NCBI GenBank assembly: GCA_020057295.1
Contig: JAGVGF010000001.1
Coordinates: forward strand, 121,468-185,467
DNA length: 64,000 bases
Origin: an archaeon
GTDB taxonomy: Archaea; Nanobdellota; Nanobdellia; Woesearchaeales; UBA9642
Direction: 5' to 3'
A program made the translations under genes and the position numbers. Every line of letters starts with the position of its first letter. Position 1 is the stretch's first letter. Below are positions 20,169-29,556 of this stretch, in pieces. The notes beneath the pieces are model-generated. The model did no database searches. It was given only the letters and a program-made list of their open reading frames with translations, and was not told the origin of the DNA.

Positions 20169-23100
20169 ATGAAATCTTATAATTTTAAGGAAGTTGAAGC
20201 TGAAATATTGAAGTTTTGGGAAGATAATGATACTTATAAGAAAGTAAAGCATAAAAATCATGGTAAAGAAAAGTTTTATTGGCTTCAAGGTCCACCATAT
20301 ACTTCTGGTAGAATACATTTAGGAACAGCTTGGAATCATTTTCTTAAAGATCAAATGTTACGTTATAAGAGAATGCGTGGATTTGATGTGTGGGATCGTG
20401 GAGGATATGATATGCACGGTCTTCCTACAGAGAGTAAAGTTCAAAAAAAATTCAACTTGGATACTAAAAAGGATATTATAGCGTTTGGTTTAGAAAAATT
20501 TTCTCATGAATGTTTCAAATTTTCTGAAGAGAATGCACATATAATGAGTCAAGACTTATGGAATATGGGTGTTTGGATGAATAACGAGAATGCGTACATG
20601 CCAATTCATAACTCATTTATGGAAGGAGAATGGTTCTTAATAAAAAAGGCACATGAAAAGAACAGATTATACAAGAGCGGAAAAGTTATGACATGGTGTA
20701 AATCATGTGAGACTGCATTAGCAAAACATGAGCTAGAATATAAGAATGTTAAGGATAAATCAATATTTGTAAAATTTAAAGTTTTAGGAAAGGAAGATGA
20801 ATACTTAATTATTTGGACAACAACACCTTGGACTATTCCATTTAATTTAGCTGTAATGGTTAATCCAGAATTAGATTATTTGAGAGCTAAAGTTTTAGTT
20901 GATGAAAAATCTAAAAAAAGTGAAACATGGATTGTTTCTAGTGTTCTTGCCGGAGTGTTTATTAATGGTGTTGCAAATCACAAGTTTGAAATAATTGAAG
21001 AATTTAAAGGAGATAAACTTCTAGGAGTTCAATATGAACATCCATTCCATAATGAAATTGCAGAATATAAAGAGTTAAAGAAAAATCATAAAAATGTACA
21101 TTCAGTAATTCTATCCGAAGAATATGTAGATATAAGTGCTGGAACCGGCCTTGTTCATTGCGCTCCAGGATGTGGTCCTGAAGATTTTGAAGTTGGTAAG
21201 AAATATAGTATTCCGCCATTCAATAGTATTGACGAGTTGGGCGTATTTCCGGAATCTACAACAAGATTTTCTGGATTGATTGCAAAGGCTGATGATAACC
21301 TATTTATAGATATATTAAGAGAAAAAGGCGCATTAATTGAGACAACATATGTTGAACACGAATATGCACATTGTAACAGATGCCATAATCCTGTAATCTT
21401 TAGACTGACTGAACAATGGTTCTTTAAGACTGAAGATATTAAGGATAGAATGTTAGAGTTTAATAAAGATATTAATTGGGTTCCAGAAACTGCAAAGAAT
21501 GCATTTGATTCATGGTTAAGAAATTTGAAAGATAACTCTATAACTAAACAGAGATATTGGGGAACTGCTGTTCCAATATGGATTTGTGATAATGATAAAT
21601 GTAACAAGTATGAAGTTATTGGATCAATAAAAGAATTAAAAGAAAAAGCAATAACGCCCGTACCAGATAGTTTGCATAAGCCTTGGATTGATAATGTAAA
21701 ATTAAAATGTTCATGCGGACATGACATGACTAGAATTCCAGATGTTTTAGATGTATGGATTGATGCAGGAACTTCATCATGGAACTGTCTAGATTATCCT
21801 CAACAGACTGAATTATTTGATAAATATTTCCCAGCAGACTTTATTGTAGAAGGTAAAGATCAAATCCGAGGATGGTTCAACTTATTAATGGTAGCGTCAA
21901 CTCTAGCTTTTGATAAACCAGCATTCAAAAATGTTAGTATGCACGGATTCATTACTGATGTTGAAGGGGAGAAGATGTCTAAATCTTTAGGCAATATCAT
22001 AGCACCATCAGAAGTAATGGATAAATATGGTTCAGACACGTTAAGATGTTATTCTGTAGATATAACTATTGGCGATGATATGAACTATTCATGGAATGAA
22101 GTTGCATTAAAATATAAGAATTTAATGATATTATGGAATTTACACAATTTCTTAATAGACTTCCAAATTAATAATAATCTAAAATTATCACACACGCCAG
22201 TATTAGATGATGAAGAACATTACATGCTATCAAGATTACATTCAACCATTAAACAAGTTACGGAAAAACTAGATTCATATCATCTTGACAGTACACCACA
22301 TTTAGTTGAAAAACTATATATGGATTTATCCAGAATATATATACAATTAGTTAGAGAAAAATCTGTAATAGGAACAGAACAAGAAAAAGAAGCAATATTA
22401 TACACCATATATCATGTATTATTAGAATCACTAAAAATGTTAAGCATAGTATGTCCATTCATTACTGAAAAGATTTATCAAAATTTGAGGGAACATAAAA
22501 TATTTGGTTTAGAAAAAGAATCAATACATGATTTTGACTGGACTGCAAGTAATAATAGTTTAATAAATACTGATTTAGAAGGTTCAATGGATCATGTACA
22601 AAATGTTATACAATCAATATTATCCTGTAGAGATAAACTAAATTTAGGTGTAAGATGGCCATTATCAGAATGTATAATAGATACTAGCGATAAAGATGTT
22701 AATCACGCTGTTGAAATCTTAAAATCATTAATAGAAAAACAAGTTAATATTAAAAAGATAATATTAAAACCTATGGATGTTGAACTAAGTGTTAAGCCGA
22801 ATTTTAAAACATTAGGAAAAGATTTCGGCCAGAAAACGCATACTGTTGTTAATTTAATTACTGAAAATGCTGGAAAAATTGCTGGACACATTAAAGAAAA
22901 TAAATCTTACAATGTTGAAGGTTTCGAAATTACAAGTAATCATGTTCAGATTGAAAAAATTTGTCCACCAGATTATATCATGTCAGATGTTACTGGAGGA
23001 ACATTATATGTTAACAAGAACAGTACTCCAGAATTAGAACTTGAAGGATATGCTAGAGAGATTGTTAGGAGAATACAACAATTAAGAAAAGATAGCAATC

Positions 23101-23291
23101 TAAATAAACGTGATGTTATAGAATTATATATTATAACAGACCTAGAAATTAACAATTTTGAAGACATGATTAAAGAAAAATGCGGCGCTAGCAAGATAAT
23201 ATTCCAAGAAAATACATTCAACAAATTCGATGCAGAAATCACAGAAAAAATCAAGGGTAAAGAAGTAAAGATAATGTTTAATAAAGTGTAG
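20169..23291 (+). CDS. ileS: Isoleucyl-tRNA synthetase
   Basis: 1040 aa with a class I HIGH variant (GRIHLGTAWNH), KMSKS and the zinc-binding/editing architecture of archaeal IleRS. Confidence 0.95.
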   Translation: MKSYNFKEVEAEILKFWEDNDTYKKVKHKNHGKEKFYWLQGPPYTSGRIHLGTAWNHFLKDQMLRYKRMRGFDVWDRGGYDMHGLPTESKVQKKFNLDTKKDIIAFGLEKFSHECFKFSEENAHIMSQDLWNMGVWMNNENAYMPIHNSFMEGEWFLIKKAHEKNRLYKSGKVMTWCKSCETALAKHELEYKNVKDKSIFVKFKVLGKEDEYLIIWTTTPWTIPFNLAVMVNPELDYLRAKVLVDEKSKKSETWIVSSVLAGVFINGVANHKFEIIEEFKGDKLLGVQYEHPFHNEIAEYKELKKNHKNVHSVILSEEYVDISAGTGLVHCAPGCGPEDFEVGKKYSIPPFNSIDELGVFPESTTRFSGLIAKADDNLFIDILREKGALIETTYVEHEYAHCNRCHNPVIFRLTEQWFFKTEDIKDRMLEFNKDINWVPETAKNAFDSWLRNLKDNSITKQRYWGTAVPIWICDNDKCNKYEVIGSIKELKEKAITPVPDSLHKPWIDNVKLKCSCGHDMTRIPDVLDVWIDAGTSSWNCLDYPQQTELFDKYFPADFIVEGKDQIRGWFNLLMVASTLAFDKPAFKNVSMHGFITDVEGEKMSKSLGNIIAPSEVMDKYGSDTLRCYSVDITIGDDMNYSWNEVALKYKNLMILWNLHNFLIDFQINNNLKLSHTPVLDDEEHYMLSRLHSTIKQVTEKLDSYHLDSTPHLVEKLYMDLSRIYIQLVREKSVIGTEQEKEAILYTIYHVLLESLKMLSIVCPFITEKIYQNLREHKIFGLEKESIHDFDWTASNNSLINTDLEGSMDHVQNVIQSILSCRDKLNLGVRWPLSECIIDTSDKDVNHAVEILKSLIEKQVNIKKIILKPMDVELSVKPNFKTLGKDFGQKTHTVVNLITENAGKIAGHIKENKSYNVEGFEITSNHVQIEKICPPDYIMSDVTGGTLYVNKNSTPELELEGYAREIVRRIQQLRKDSNLNKRDVIELYIITDLEINNFEDMIKEKCGASKIIFQENTFNKFDAEITEKIKGKEVKIMFNKV

Positions 23292-23394
23292 AGTAAATTT
23301 AAAAAATTCTACTTAAACCTTCTAATCAATTTTCACGATATTTTATCAAAACCTTTATATATTAGTTAAGCCCCTTATTCTCTATAACGTAGGG

Positions 23395-23865
23395 GTGCGT
23401 GGATTGAATAAGATTGCTATTGATAGATCGTTAGCAGAGATAACATTACGAAAATACGAGAAACCAGATTCTCTAAAAGATCGTGAACTCGTAAGAAAAC
23501 TTTGCTTAAGTGTAGGATTATTACAACCAGGAGATTCTAGAGATATTATTGTAGATATAATTTTTGTAATACTAAAGGCTCCAGGACCATTAACATCTAT
23601 GGAAGTGGAAGAGAATGTTATTGCTTACAGAAAAGAAAACAATCTACAATTATTAGGAATTGCATCAAGCAACATTAGAAGACAATTATTAAGATTAAGA
23701 GAATTATTTATTGTTGAAAAAGTAAAGAACAGCTATATAATTAATGAAAACAGTAGACTTACTGAAATATTTGCTGAAAAGATTGAAAAATATTATCTAA
23801 ATTCTATTGTTGAACGTGTTAAAGAATACGTTTTAGAAATTGATAAAAGATTTCCAAGACAATGA
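23395..23865 (+). CDS. Hypothetical protein, possibly winged-helix
   Basis: 156-aa ORF with a GTG start that overlaps the next gene by 4 nt (operon). No confident family was recognised. Confidence 0.35.
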   Translation: MRGLNKIAIDRSLAEITLRKYEKPDSLKDRELVRKLCLSVGLLQPGDSRDIIVDIIFVILKAPGPLTSMEVEENVIAYRKENNLQLLGIASSNIRRQLLRLRELFIVEKVKNSYIINENSRLTEIFAEKIEKYYLNSIVERVKEYVLEIDKRFPRQ

Positions 23866-24962
23866 AATCAGAGCATAGTTCTACAGTATACGAGCCACAA
23901 GAGGATTCATTTCTATTGCAGAAGCAAGTTATAAAATATGCTAAAGGAAAAGTTTTAGATGTAGGAACGGGTTCAGGAATTCAAGGTAATACTGCGAAAA
24001 AAAATAAGAAAGTTACAAGTGTTACATACACAGATATCAATCCTAAAGTTAAAAAAATTGTGAAAAATGCAATAATAACAGACCTTTTCAATGGAGTTAA
24101 AGGACGATTCAATACAATCATATTTAATCCACCATATCTACCAAAAGATGAACTAGACAATGAAGAGTTAATAACAACAGGCGGAAAGGAAGGATATGAG
24201 ATAATTGAAAAATTTCTAAGGGGAGCAAAAAGCCATCTGGAACCTGAAGGAATAATTCTACTCTTATTTAGCTCATTAACAAAAAAGAGCAAAATCGATA
24301 AAATAATAAAAGACTTAAAGTTTAAGAAACTTCAAGTTGCCAAACAAGGACTTTTTATGGAACAACTATATGTATACGTAATTAAGAGTTCTAATGATTT
24401 AATGCATGGACAAAGAGGAATAGTAGAAATTAAAAAAATAAAAAATAAATTAGTAGCGATAAAAAGGAAAAAGAACGATTCGTACAATCCTACAATTGAA
24501 GCAAATTTTTTGAAAATACTAAATAGGTGGGGAATTGGACCAAAACTTATAAGTTATGATAATTCATCAATAACAATTGAATATATCGAGGGAGAAAGAA
24601 TAATTGATTATTTTGAAAGCCATAATAAAAAAGAAATATTAAATGTGATAAAATTAATGCTTAATCAAGTAATACTCTTAGATAAATTAAACATAAATAA
24701 GTTAGAATTAACCAATCCATACAAACATATAATCGTAAAAAATAATATCCCATATCAAATTGATTTCGAAAGATGTAATTATACTAATAAAACAAAAAAC
24801 GTAAATCAATTTGTCCAATTTCTAGTTTCAGGAAGATTAAAACACATATTTGAATCAAAAGAAGTAAAAATAGATAAAGAAAAGATTTTAGACTCGGCAA
24901 AAAAATATAAAGAAAATTATGATGAAAAATATTTCAATATGATTATAGAATGTATAAAATAA
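23862..24962 (+). CDS. Fusion of an Mtq2/HemK-type N5-glutamine methyltransferase with a C-terminal small protein-kinase-like (COG2112/Bud32-like) domain
   Basis: The N-terminal half has VYEPQEDSFLL, VLDVGTGSGIQ and IIFNPPYLP (NPPY). The C-terminal half has GQRGIVEIKK..VAIKRKK, TIEYIEGERI and ELTNPYKHIIV..YQIDFERC. Confidence 0.65.
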   Translation: MKSEHSSTVYEPQEDSFLLQKQVIKYAKGKVLDVGTGSGIQGNTAKKNKKVTSVTYTDINPKVKKIVKNAIITDLFNGVKGRFNTIIFNPPYLPKDELDNEELITTGGKEGYEIIEKFLRGAKSHLEPEGIILLLFSSLTKKSKIDKIIKDLKFKKLQVAKQGLFMEQLYVYVIKSSNDLMHGQRGIVEIKKIKNKLVAIKRKKNDSYNPTIEANFLKILNRWGIGPKLISYDNSSITIEYIEGERIIDYFESHNKKEILNVIKLMLNQVILLDKLNINKLELTNPYKHIIVKNNIPYQIDFERCNYTNKTKNVNQFVQFLVSGRLKHIFESKEVKIDKEKILDSAKKYKENYDEKYFNMIIECIK

Positions 24963-24967
24963 AAAAA

Positions 24968-25666
24968 TTATTTAAGATAATATTCTCTAGTTTCTCTACG
25001 ATTACTAAATTTTAATCCCTTAGATTCCATTGTCTTTCTAGAATATTTGCTTAATGTTGATGATGATATATGCATACCATATTTTTTCTCTAGATACAAT
25101 GATGCCTCTTTTAAACTCATTTCTGATCTAGTGTATAATTTTACCATTTCATTCCTCATATCTTTTGGCGCGATTCTTGAATCATAATACATTGGTTTTA
25201 ATGTAGCATATTCAGGGTCAATAGTCTTTTTCACCATTACATCTCTTAACAACGATTCAATACTATCGATTTTTGATCCTGTCTCTTCATTAATCACTTC
25301 CTGAACTCTTTCTAGACTAGAATTTTTATATCTATTTGTTATATCTATTATCTTGTTTAAAGTTTTTTTAGATAGATTGTTGTATGAATTGCGTGTAAAT
25401 CTTTGTGATTCGTTTCTTAAAATACTATCTAAACTGTTAAAATCTTCTTTAATATTATACATTTTTTTTACAATATTATTTCTATCAATAATTAAATCTC
25501 TATACACTCCCACCAGACCATTACTTTGATATGCTAGTCTATTAAATGAATTGTTTGCATAAGTGAATAATTCTTTGAAGTCTGTAAATATTCTTGTCTT
25601 TATATCTTTAAATGCGTAATATCCATCAATTAGTTTGTTTAGTATCATTTTATTTAATATTTCCAA
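24968..25666 (-). CDS. Hypothetical protein with a possible C-terminal helix-turn-helix
   Basis: Last gene of a four-gene overlapping operon. The C-terminus LKEASLYLEKKYGMHISSSTLSKYSRK looks HTH-like. An alternative ATG is at 25648. Confidence 0.4.
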   Translation of the reverse strand: MEILNKMILNKLIDGYYAFKDIKTRIFTDFKELFTYANNSFNRLAYQSNGLVGVYRDLIIDRNNIVKKMYNIKEDFNSLDSILRNESQRFTRNSYNNLSKKTLNKIIDITNRYKNSSLERVQEVINEETGSKIDSIESLLRDVMVKKTIDPEYATLKPMYYDSRIAPKDMRNEMVKLYTRSEMSLKEASLYLEKKYGMHISSSTLSKYSRKTMESKGLKFSNRRETREYYLK

Positions 25667-26228
25667 ATCTATCCATAGTTCTTCTTACACCATTGACATA
25701 AACTGTGAAAATTTCTTCTGCTTGATTTTCTTTATTAGTCTGCAAAGAATATGCCTCCGAAATCTGCGGTCGTATTTTTGATGGTTTAATAACTTGAGAA
25801 TCTTTTTTTACTTCTGATAATTGTTTCAACTGGGCATCATATTGTGCTTCGTTAATCTTTTTCTCTAGCTCCTTTGTTGGTTCATCTAATTTTTTAAAGT
25901 AATTTCCTTCAACAGGCCATTTTCCTTCGCGTATCAATTCCCTATTTATAGTCTTATCTAATGAGTCTTTTTGCCATTCTAGATGTAATTTATCTCTTTC
26001 ATACAATTGCTCCTGTACGGTTTTTTGTTTCAATATTTCTATACTTGCAGGTACGATTTCTTTATTACACGTATATACGCTGGATAATAATGCAAATCCT
26101 CCAATTACTCCAAACGTCATTTTTCTATTGATATATCTATTTTTGGCTATCCAGTGCCCTAATGCTCCACTGCCTATTAGCAAGGCGCCATAACCTATTT
26201 TTTTACCTAATTCCGCCATTTGTATCAC
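25650..26228 (-). CDS. Hypothetical membrane protein
   Basis: Two N-terminal hydrophobic helices (GYGALLIGSGALGHWIA, FGVIGGFALLSSVY) are followed by a charged coiled region. It overlaps the upstream gene by 4 nt. Confidence 0.4.
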   Translation of the reverse strand: MIQMAELGKKIGYGALLIGSGALGHWIAKNRYINRKMTFGVIGGFALLSSVYTCNKEIVPASIEILKQKTVQEQLYERDKLHLEWQKDSLDKTINRELIREGKWPVEGNYFKKLDEPTKELEKKINEAQYDAQLKQLSEVKKDSQVIKPSKIRPQISEAYSLQTNKENQAEEIFTVYVNGVRRTMDRFGNIK

Positions 26229-26482
26229 CTATTATAATCTATAATATTATGATAAATTTTTATAACTGTATTAAGTGCTGGTTTTCCAAAAGTGTTTTCG
26301 ATATAGTATGACGCAATATTATTATCTAAAGCTCTGGGATCTTTAGATGCAATATTCTTAACTACTGTTGTAACTCCATTTACTGTCCTAGAAATGTTAT
26401 CCAAGAAATCAATTCCTTGAACAACATCGTCTATGAATTTAGTTTGTATTTTCTCTTTCCAACTAATAGTTTGTTCAGTCAT
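26225..26482 (-). CDS. Hypothetical small protein
   Basis: 85-aa ORF with translational-coupling spacing to both neighbours. Confidence 0.35.
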   Translation of the reverse strand: MTEQTISWKEKIQTKFIDDVVQGIDFLDNISRTVNGVTTVVKNIASKDPRALDNNIASYYIENTFGKPALNTVIKIYHNIIDYNR

Positions 26483-26483
26483 T

Positions 26484-26765
26484 TTATTCCTTAGTTTCTA
26501 TTTCCTTCTTTGCCTTGTAACTCTTGAATAATTTATATCCAGAGAATGCTGCTGCTACAACACTTAATGTTCCTAGAATTCCTAAACCTGCATTCTGATA
26601 TTTTGCTTTTACTTCTTCAGATTTTGATTCATACTTCGCTTTTAGTTCTGGACCAAAATATGATGCTACCGTTGCTGCTCCAGGTCCTGCCATAAATTTT
26701 GCTCTGTCTACAACAGTTACTTTTTTCTCTAAATTTTCTTTACTTGTTTGTGCTGCTTGATTCAT
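26484..26765 (-). CDS. Hypothetical small membrane protein
   Basis: 93 aa with a C-terminal TM helix (LGILGTLSVVAAAFSGYKLF). It is the first gene of the operon. Confidence 0.35.
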   Translation of the reverse strand: MNQAAQTSKENLEKKVTVVDRAKFMAGPGAATVASYFGPELKAKYESKSEEVKAKYQNAGLGILGTLSVVAAAFSGYKLFKSYKAKKEIETKE

Positions 26766-26844
26766 TTCATCACCTTTCTAATTGAATTATATAAACAAAT
26801 AATCGGAAGTGCTTAATAAGAATATTCTAAGAAAACCCGCAACA

Positions 26845-26864
26845 TTTCCGTATATTTACGGAAA
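26845..26864. promoter_or_regulatory. Palindromic operator-like site TTTCCGTA-tatt-TACGGAAA
   Basis: A perfect 8-bp inverted repeat sits between the Mrr-like gene stop (26869) and the start of the 26765 operon. The same TACGGAAA half-site recurs at 27687 and 27698. Confidence 0.45.
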
Positions 26865-26868
26865 GAAT

Positions 26869-27381
26869 TCATCTCATATAATTTCTAATCTGTTGATCCA
26901 TAGACAATAATCTCGTACCAACATATTTCATTGCATTGCCTATTCCATCAGTATTTAATGTTTCAAAGAATCTGAATGAAATTATTGCTAAACGCCATCC
27001 TGACTTTCTTAATTGTTCAAGTCTTTGCAGTTCATCTCTGTCAATTAATCTTATGTTCGCTTCTTTTGCTCTTAACTTAACTTTTTCATCAAAATATCTG
27101 TTAGTAACCATTTCACCAAGATATGTTGGAATGTTAAAAGTTTTTAATGTAGTTTCAAATTTAGAATAATCATCAAACGTCACATTACTATGAGAACGAT
27201 ATTTACATTCAACATATTTTCTTAATATTGGATCTTTATATGTTACATCTATCTGTCCATTAGCTGATTCTTCACCATTAGTCTTTTTAACTCTATGATC
27301 TATCTTTACATCCCTATATCCTAAATCCTTATATAATTCCGATACAAATATTTCAAGTCCTGAACCCTTATTTTTAATCAT
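26869..27381 (-). CDS. Mrr-like restriction endonuclease domain protein (PD-(D/E)xK)
   Basis: GSGLEIFVSELYKDLGY, GQIDVTY and YVECKYRS (D..ExK) are present, with a C-terminal IRLIDRDELQRL as in the Mrr catalytic domain. The start is taken at the ATG at 27381, just after the upstream stop. Confidence 0.6.
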   Translation of the reverse strand: MIKNKGSGLEIFVSELYKDLGYRDVKIDHRVKKTNGEESANGQIDVTYKDPILRKYVECKYRSHSNVTFDDYSKFETTLKTFNIPTYLGEMVTNRYFDEKVKLRAKEANIRLIDRDELQRLEQLRKSGWRLAIISFRFFETLNTDGIGNAMKYVGTRLLSMDQQIRNYMR

Positions 27382-27382
27382 A

Positions 27383-27640
27383 TTACTCCATAAAATGTTT
27401 AGATAAGAAAGATTCGTAAAGTACTGAATGTGATTCAATATCTTTTACATGTAACTTACGTGCATAATCTATTATACTATTATATTCCTTGTTTTTTTCA
27501 TAAACTAACTCTATAAAGAATCCATGCGGAATAACATATAAAGAATTCACAAAGATATTATGTTTCAAATACTCCTTTAACGTATCATAATCAAAATCTT
27601 CATTATCAATAGTTATTATAACAAAAGCCTTCTTCACCAT
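27383..27640 (-). CDS. Hypothetical small protein co-transcribed with the Mrr-like nuclease
   Basis: 85-aa ORF. Its stop is 1 nt from the nuclease ATG. Confidence 0.35.
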   Translation of the reverse strand: MVKKAFVIITIDNEDFDYDTLKEYLKHNIFVNSLYVIPHGFFIELVYEKNKEYNSIIDYARKLHVKDIESHSVLYESFLSKHFME

Positions 27641-27686
27641 AAATTACATACTAGACTAACACATTAATAAGATTTTACTAGAAAAA

Positions 27687-27705
27687 TACGGAAAGCTTAC
27701 GGAAA
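27687..27705. promoter_or_regulatory. Two direct TACGGAAA repeats spaced 11 bp
   Basis: tacggaaa occurs at 27687-27694 and 27698-27705. Both lie in the divergent intergenic region between 27640 (-) and 27733 (+). Confidence 0.45.
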
Positions 27706-27732
27706 AAAGGAAAGTTTAAATAGGAAAGTATT

Positions 27733-28299
27733 ATGAAGTATACTGTGACTAAGGATAAATGTTCTAATTGTGGAAAAATAAGATCTAAAAAATTCTGGAC
27801 TTTTAAAGATAAAACACGGTTATGCGATGATTGTCATTGGCGATACGGCGAGTTATGGCAGAAAGATATTGATACAAAAGAAACACATCCAACGTATAAA
27901 GAAAAAATAGGACAAGAACTAAAAGGTTTGGGGGGATGGTTAATAATTCCAGTAAGCATAATGTTTGTTCTTATAATTTCCGCTATTTTTAGCTTTATAA
28001 TTAGTTTAGTAGCTTCAATTTCTAAAACAGGATGGAGCTTATTTTTTGTTTTTATTTATTTAGGATTATTAGCATTATACATAACTACTCTTGTTTTTAT
28101 TTTTCAAAAATCATTATTAGGGAAAAAATTAATGATTGCCTCTTTTTATGCTAATCTAATAAATACTGCTATTGCTGATATGCTTTTGTATTCAGACCCA
28201 GAAGAATATATTGCTACAGGTATTACTTTTTTTATTACATGGATTTTAATAAAATATCTTAATAATTCAGAAAGAGTTAAAAATACTTTTACAAAATAA
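27733..28299 (+). CDS. Membrane protein with an N-terminal zinc ribbon (DUF2569-like)
   Basis: CSNCGK..CDDCHW ribbon is followed by GLGGWLIIPVSIMFVL and further TM helices. Confidence 0.45.
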   Translation: MKYTVTKDKCSNCGKIRSKKFWTFKDKTRLCDDCHWRYGELWQKDIDTKETHPTYKEKIGQELKGLGGWLIIPVSIMFVLIISAIFSFIISLVASISKTGWSLFFVFIYLGLLALYITTLVFIFQKSLLGKKLMIASFYANLINTAIADMLLYSDPEEYIATGITFFITWILIKYLNNSERVKNTFTK

Positions 28300-28316
28300 T
28301 AACTAAAGGCTATATT

Positions 28317-28730
28317 ATGTTGAAACTTATTAAGGAACATTGGAGAAAATCGAAAAATTTTCATTCTAGTTTTATTGCATGTTTGTTCGTAAATGTCTTA
28401 TTCGGAATTTATTTGACACAACTTTTAAATCAAACTCAATTACCTATATGGAATGATAATATCATAGGAAACATTACTCTTACAATTTTCTTAGTTATAT
28501 TGCTTGGTGTGGGTTATAAATGGGGCATATCTAACTGTGACGATATTAAAGATACACAAACTTTTTATGATAATTTTTTTATGAGTGTTATGATTGTGAT
28601 TATATCTACAGTGCTGATTGTATATAATCCTTTTCTAAAAGTAAAATTTAATTGGATATTAGGTCTAATGAGTATTTTAATAATTTATTTTCCTTTAAAC
28701 TGGTCATATATTAAATTACGACCTAAATAA
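28317..28730 (+). CDS. Hypothetical polytopic membrane protein
   Basis: 137 aa with four hydrophobic segments. Confidence 0.4.
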   Translation: MLKLIKEHWRKSKNFHSSFIACLFVNVLFGIYLTQLLNQTQLPIWNDNIIGNITLTIFLVILLGVGYKWGISNCDDIKDTQTFYDNFFMSVMIVIISTVLIVYNPFLKVKFNWILGLMSILIIYFPLNWSYIKLRPK

Positions 28731-28790
28731 ACAAGTATAGTGCTACGGAGACTATTCGATAACGCATAAAAATTTCTTAAAATTAAAATA

Positions 28791-28826
28791 TGAGCGCGTG
28801 AGGATTTGAACCCCACTTCTCTCACT
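28791..28826 (-). pseudogene. Orphan tRNA 3' half: anticodon-stem 3' strand, variable loop, T arm, acceptor 3' strand and discriminator
   Basis: Reverse complement: A GTGAG AGAAG TGGGG TTCAAAT CCTCA CGCGCTC A. No matching 5' acceptor strand (GAGCGCG) or D arm lies upstream. A long imperfect hairpin (28841-28904) sits there instead. Confidence 0.5.
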
Positions 28827-28890
28827 GGACATTTGCTCGTGAAGCATATAAATGAAATCATCCAACCATTTAGTGTGAGATGATTTATTT

Positions 28891-29556
28891 ATGAAAGCTT
28901 CACATATCAACAATGTCAAAATTGATGAAGACATCGCATATCTAATTGGTGTTCTACAATCTGACGGATGCATTTATGAATTCTATGATAAGAAACGAAA
29001 TAGATTGCACATAAGATTAAATTTAGGCGTAGGGAAAAATTCTTTACCAATGTCTGAAAAATTTAAACAGACACTTAAAAAATCGCTAAACATCACCGTT
29101 AATATTAGAAAAGCTCCTTCAGCTAAGAATGCGTATGTAATACAAACATCAATCAATAGAACAGCAGAAATATTTAGAGAATGGAAGAAAGAAGAGTTAA
29201 ATAACGAGATAAGTCAAAATATAAAATTATTTGGCGCATACTTAGCAGGTTTAATAGATGGTGACGGACATATAAAAGTAAAACACAATAATGATCGTAA
29301 AATTCCACAATGCATTATAAAAATAGCAGAAGATAGGCCTATGAAGACTTTGCAACAACTTTTATATAAGTTCTTTAATTGTAAATCATATTTCGAGAAA
29401 CATAACAATAGTAAATGCGTAGAAACATGCTTCTATATATCAAAGAAAAACATCGATACATTCTATAAATATGTTTACCCGCATGTTACTATTAAACATA
29501 AAGTAGAAAGATTAGATTGTTTCTTAAAATTAAAAAGTGAGCACTGCAGGATTTGA
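28891..29556 (+). CDS. Free-standing double-motif LAGLIDADG homing endonuclease
   Basis: Two LAGLIDADG motifs are present: IAYLIGVLQSDGCI and GAYLAGLIDGDGHI. The last 19 nt overlap tRNA-Arg on the opposite strand. Confidence 0.85.
   Translation: MKASHINNVKIDEDIAYLIGVLQSDGCIYEFYDKKRNRLHIRLNLGVGKNSLPMSEKFKQTLKKSLNITVNIRKAPSAKNAYVIQTSINRTAEIFREWKKEELNNEISQNIKLFGAYLAGLIDGDGHIKVKHNNDRKIPQCIIKIAEDRPMKTLQQLLYKFFNCKSYFEKHNNSKCVETCFYISKKNIDTFYKYVYPHVTIKHKVERLDCFLKLKSEHCRI

Noticed and set aside
21155-21727. A 190-aa minus-strand ORF. Similar antisense ORFs lie at 11478-12017, 22973-23254, 46575-47048, 53358-53654 and elsewhere.
   Set aside because: They lie entirely within and antisense to long, motif-supported genes (ileS, the coiled-coil protein and the surface proteins). 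No motifs were seen and the composition is typical of antisense strands.
28752-28973. A 73-aa minus-strand ORF.
   Set aside because: It overlaps the tRNA 3'-half and hairpin and is antisense to the LAGLIDADG gene start. It has no motif support.
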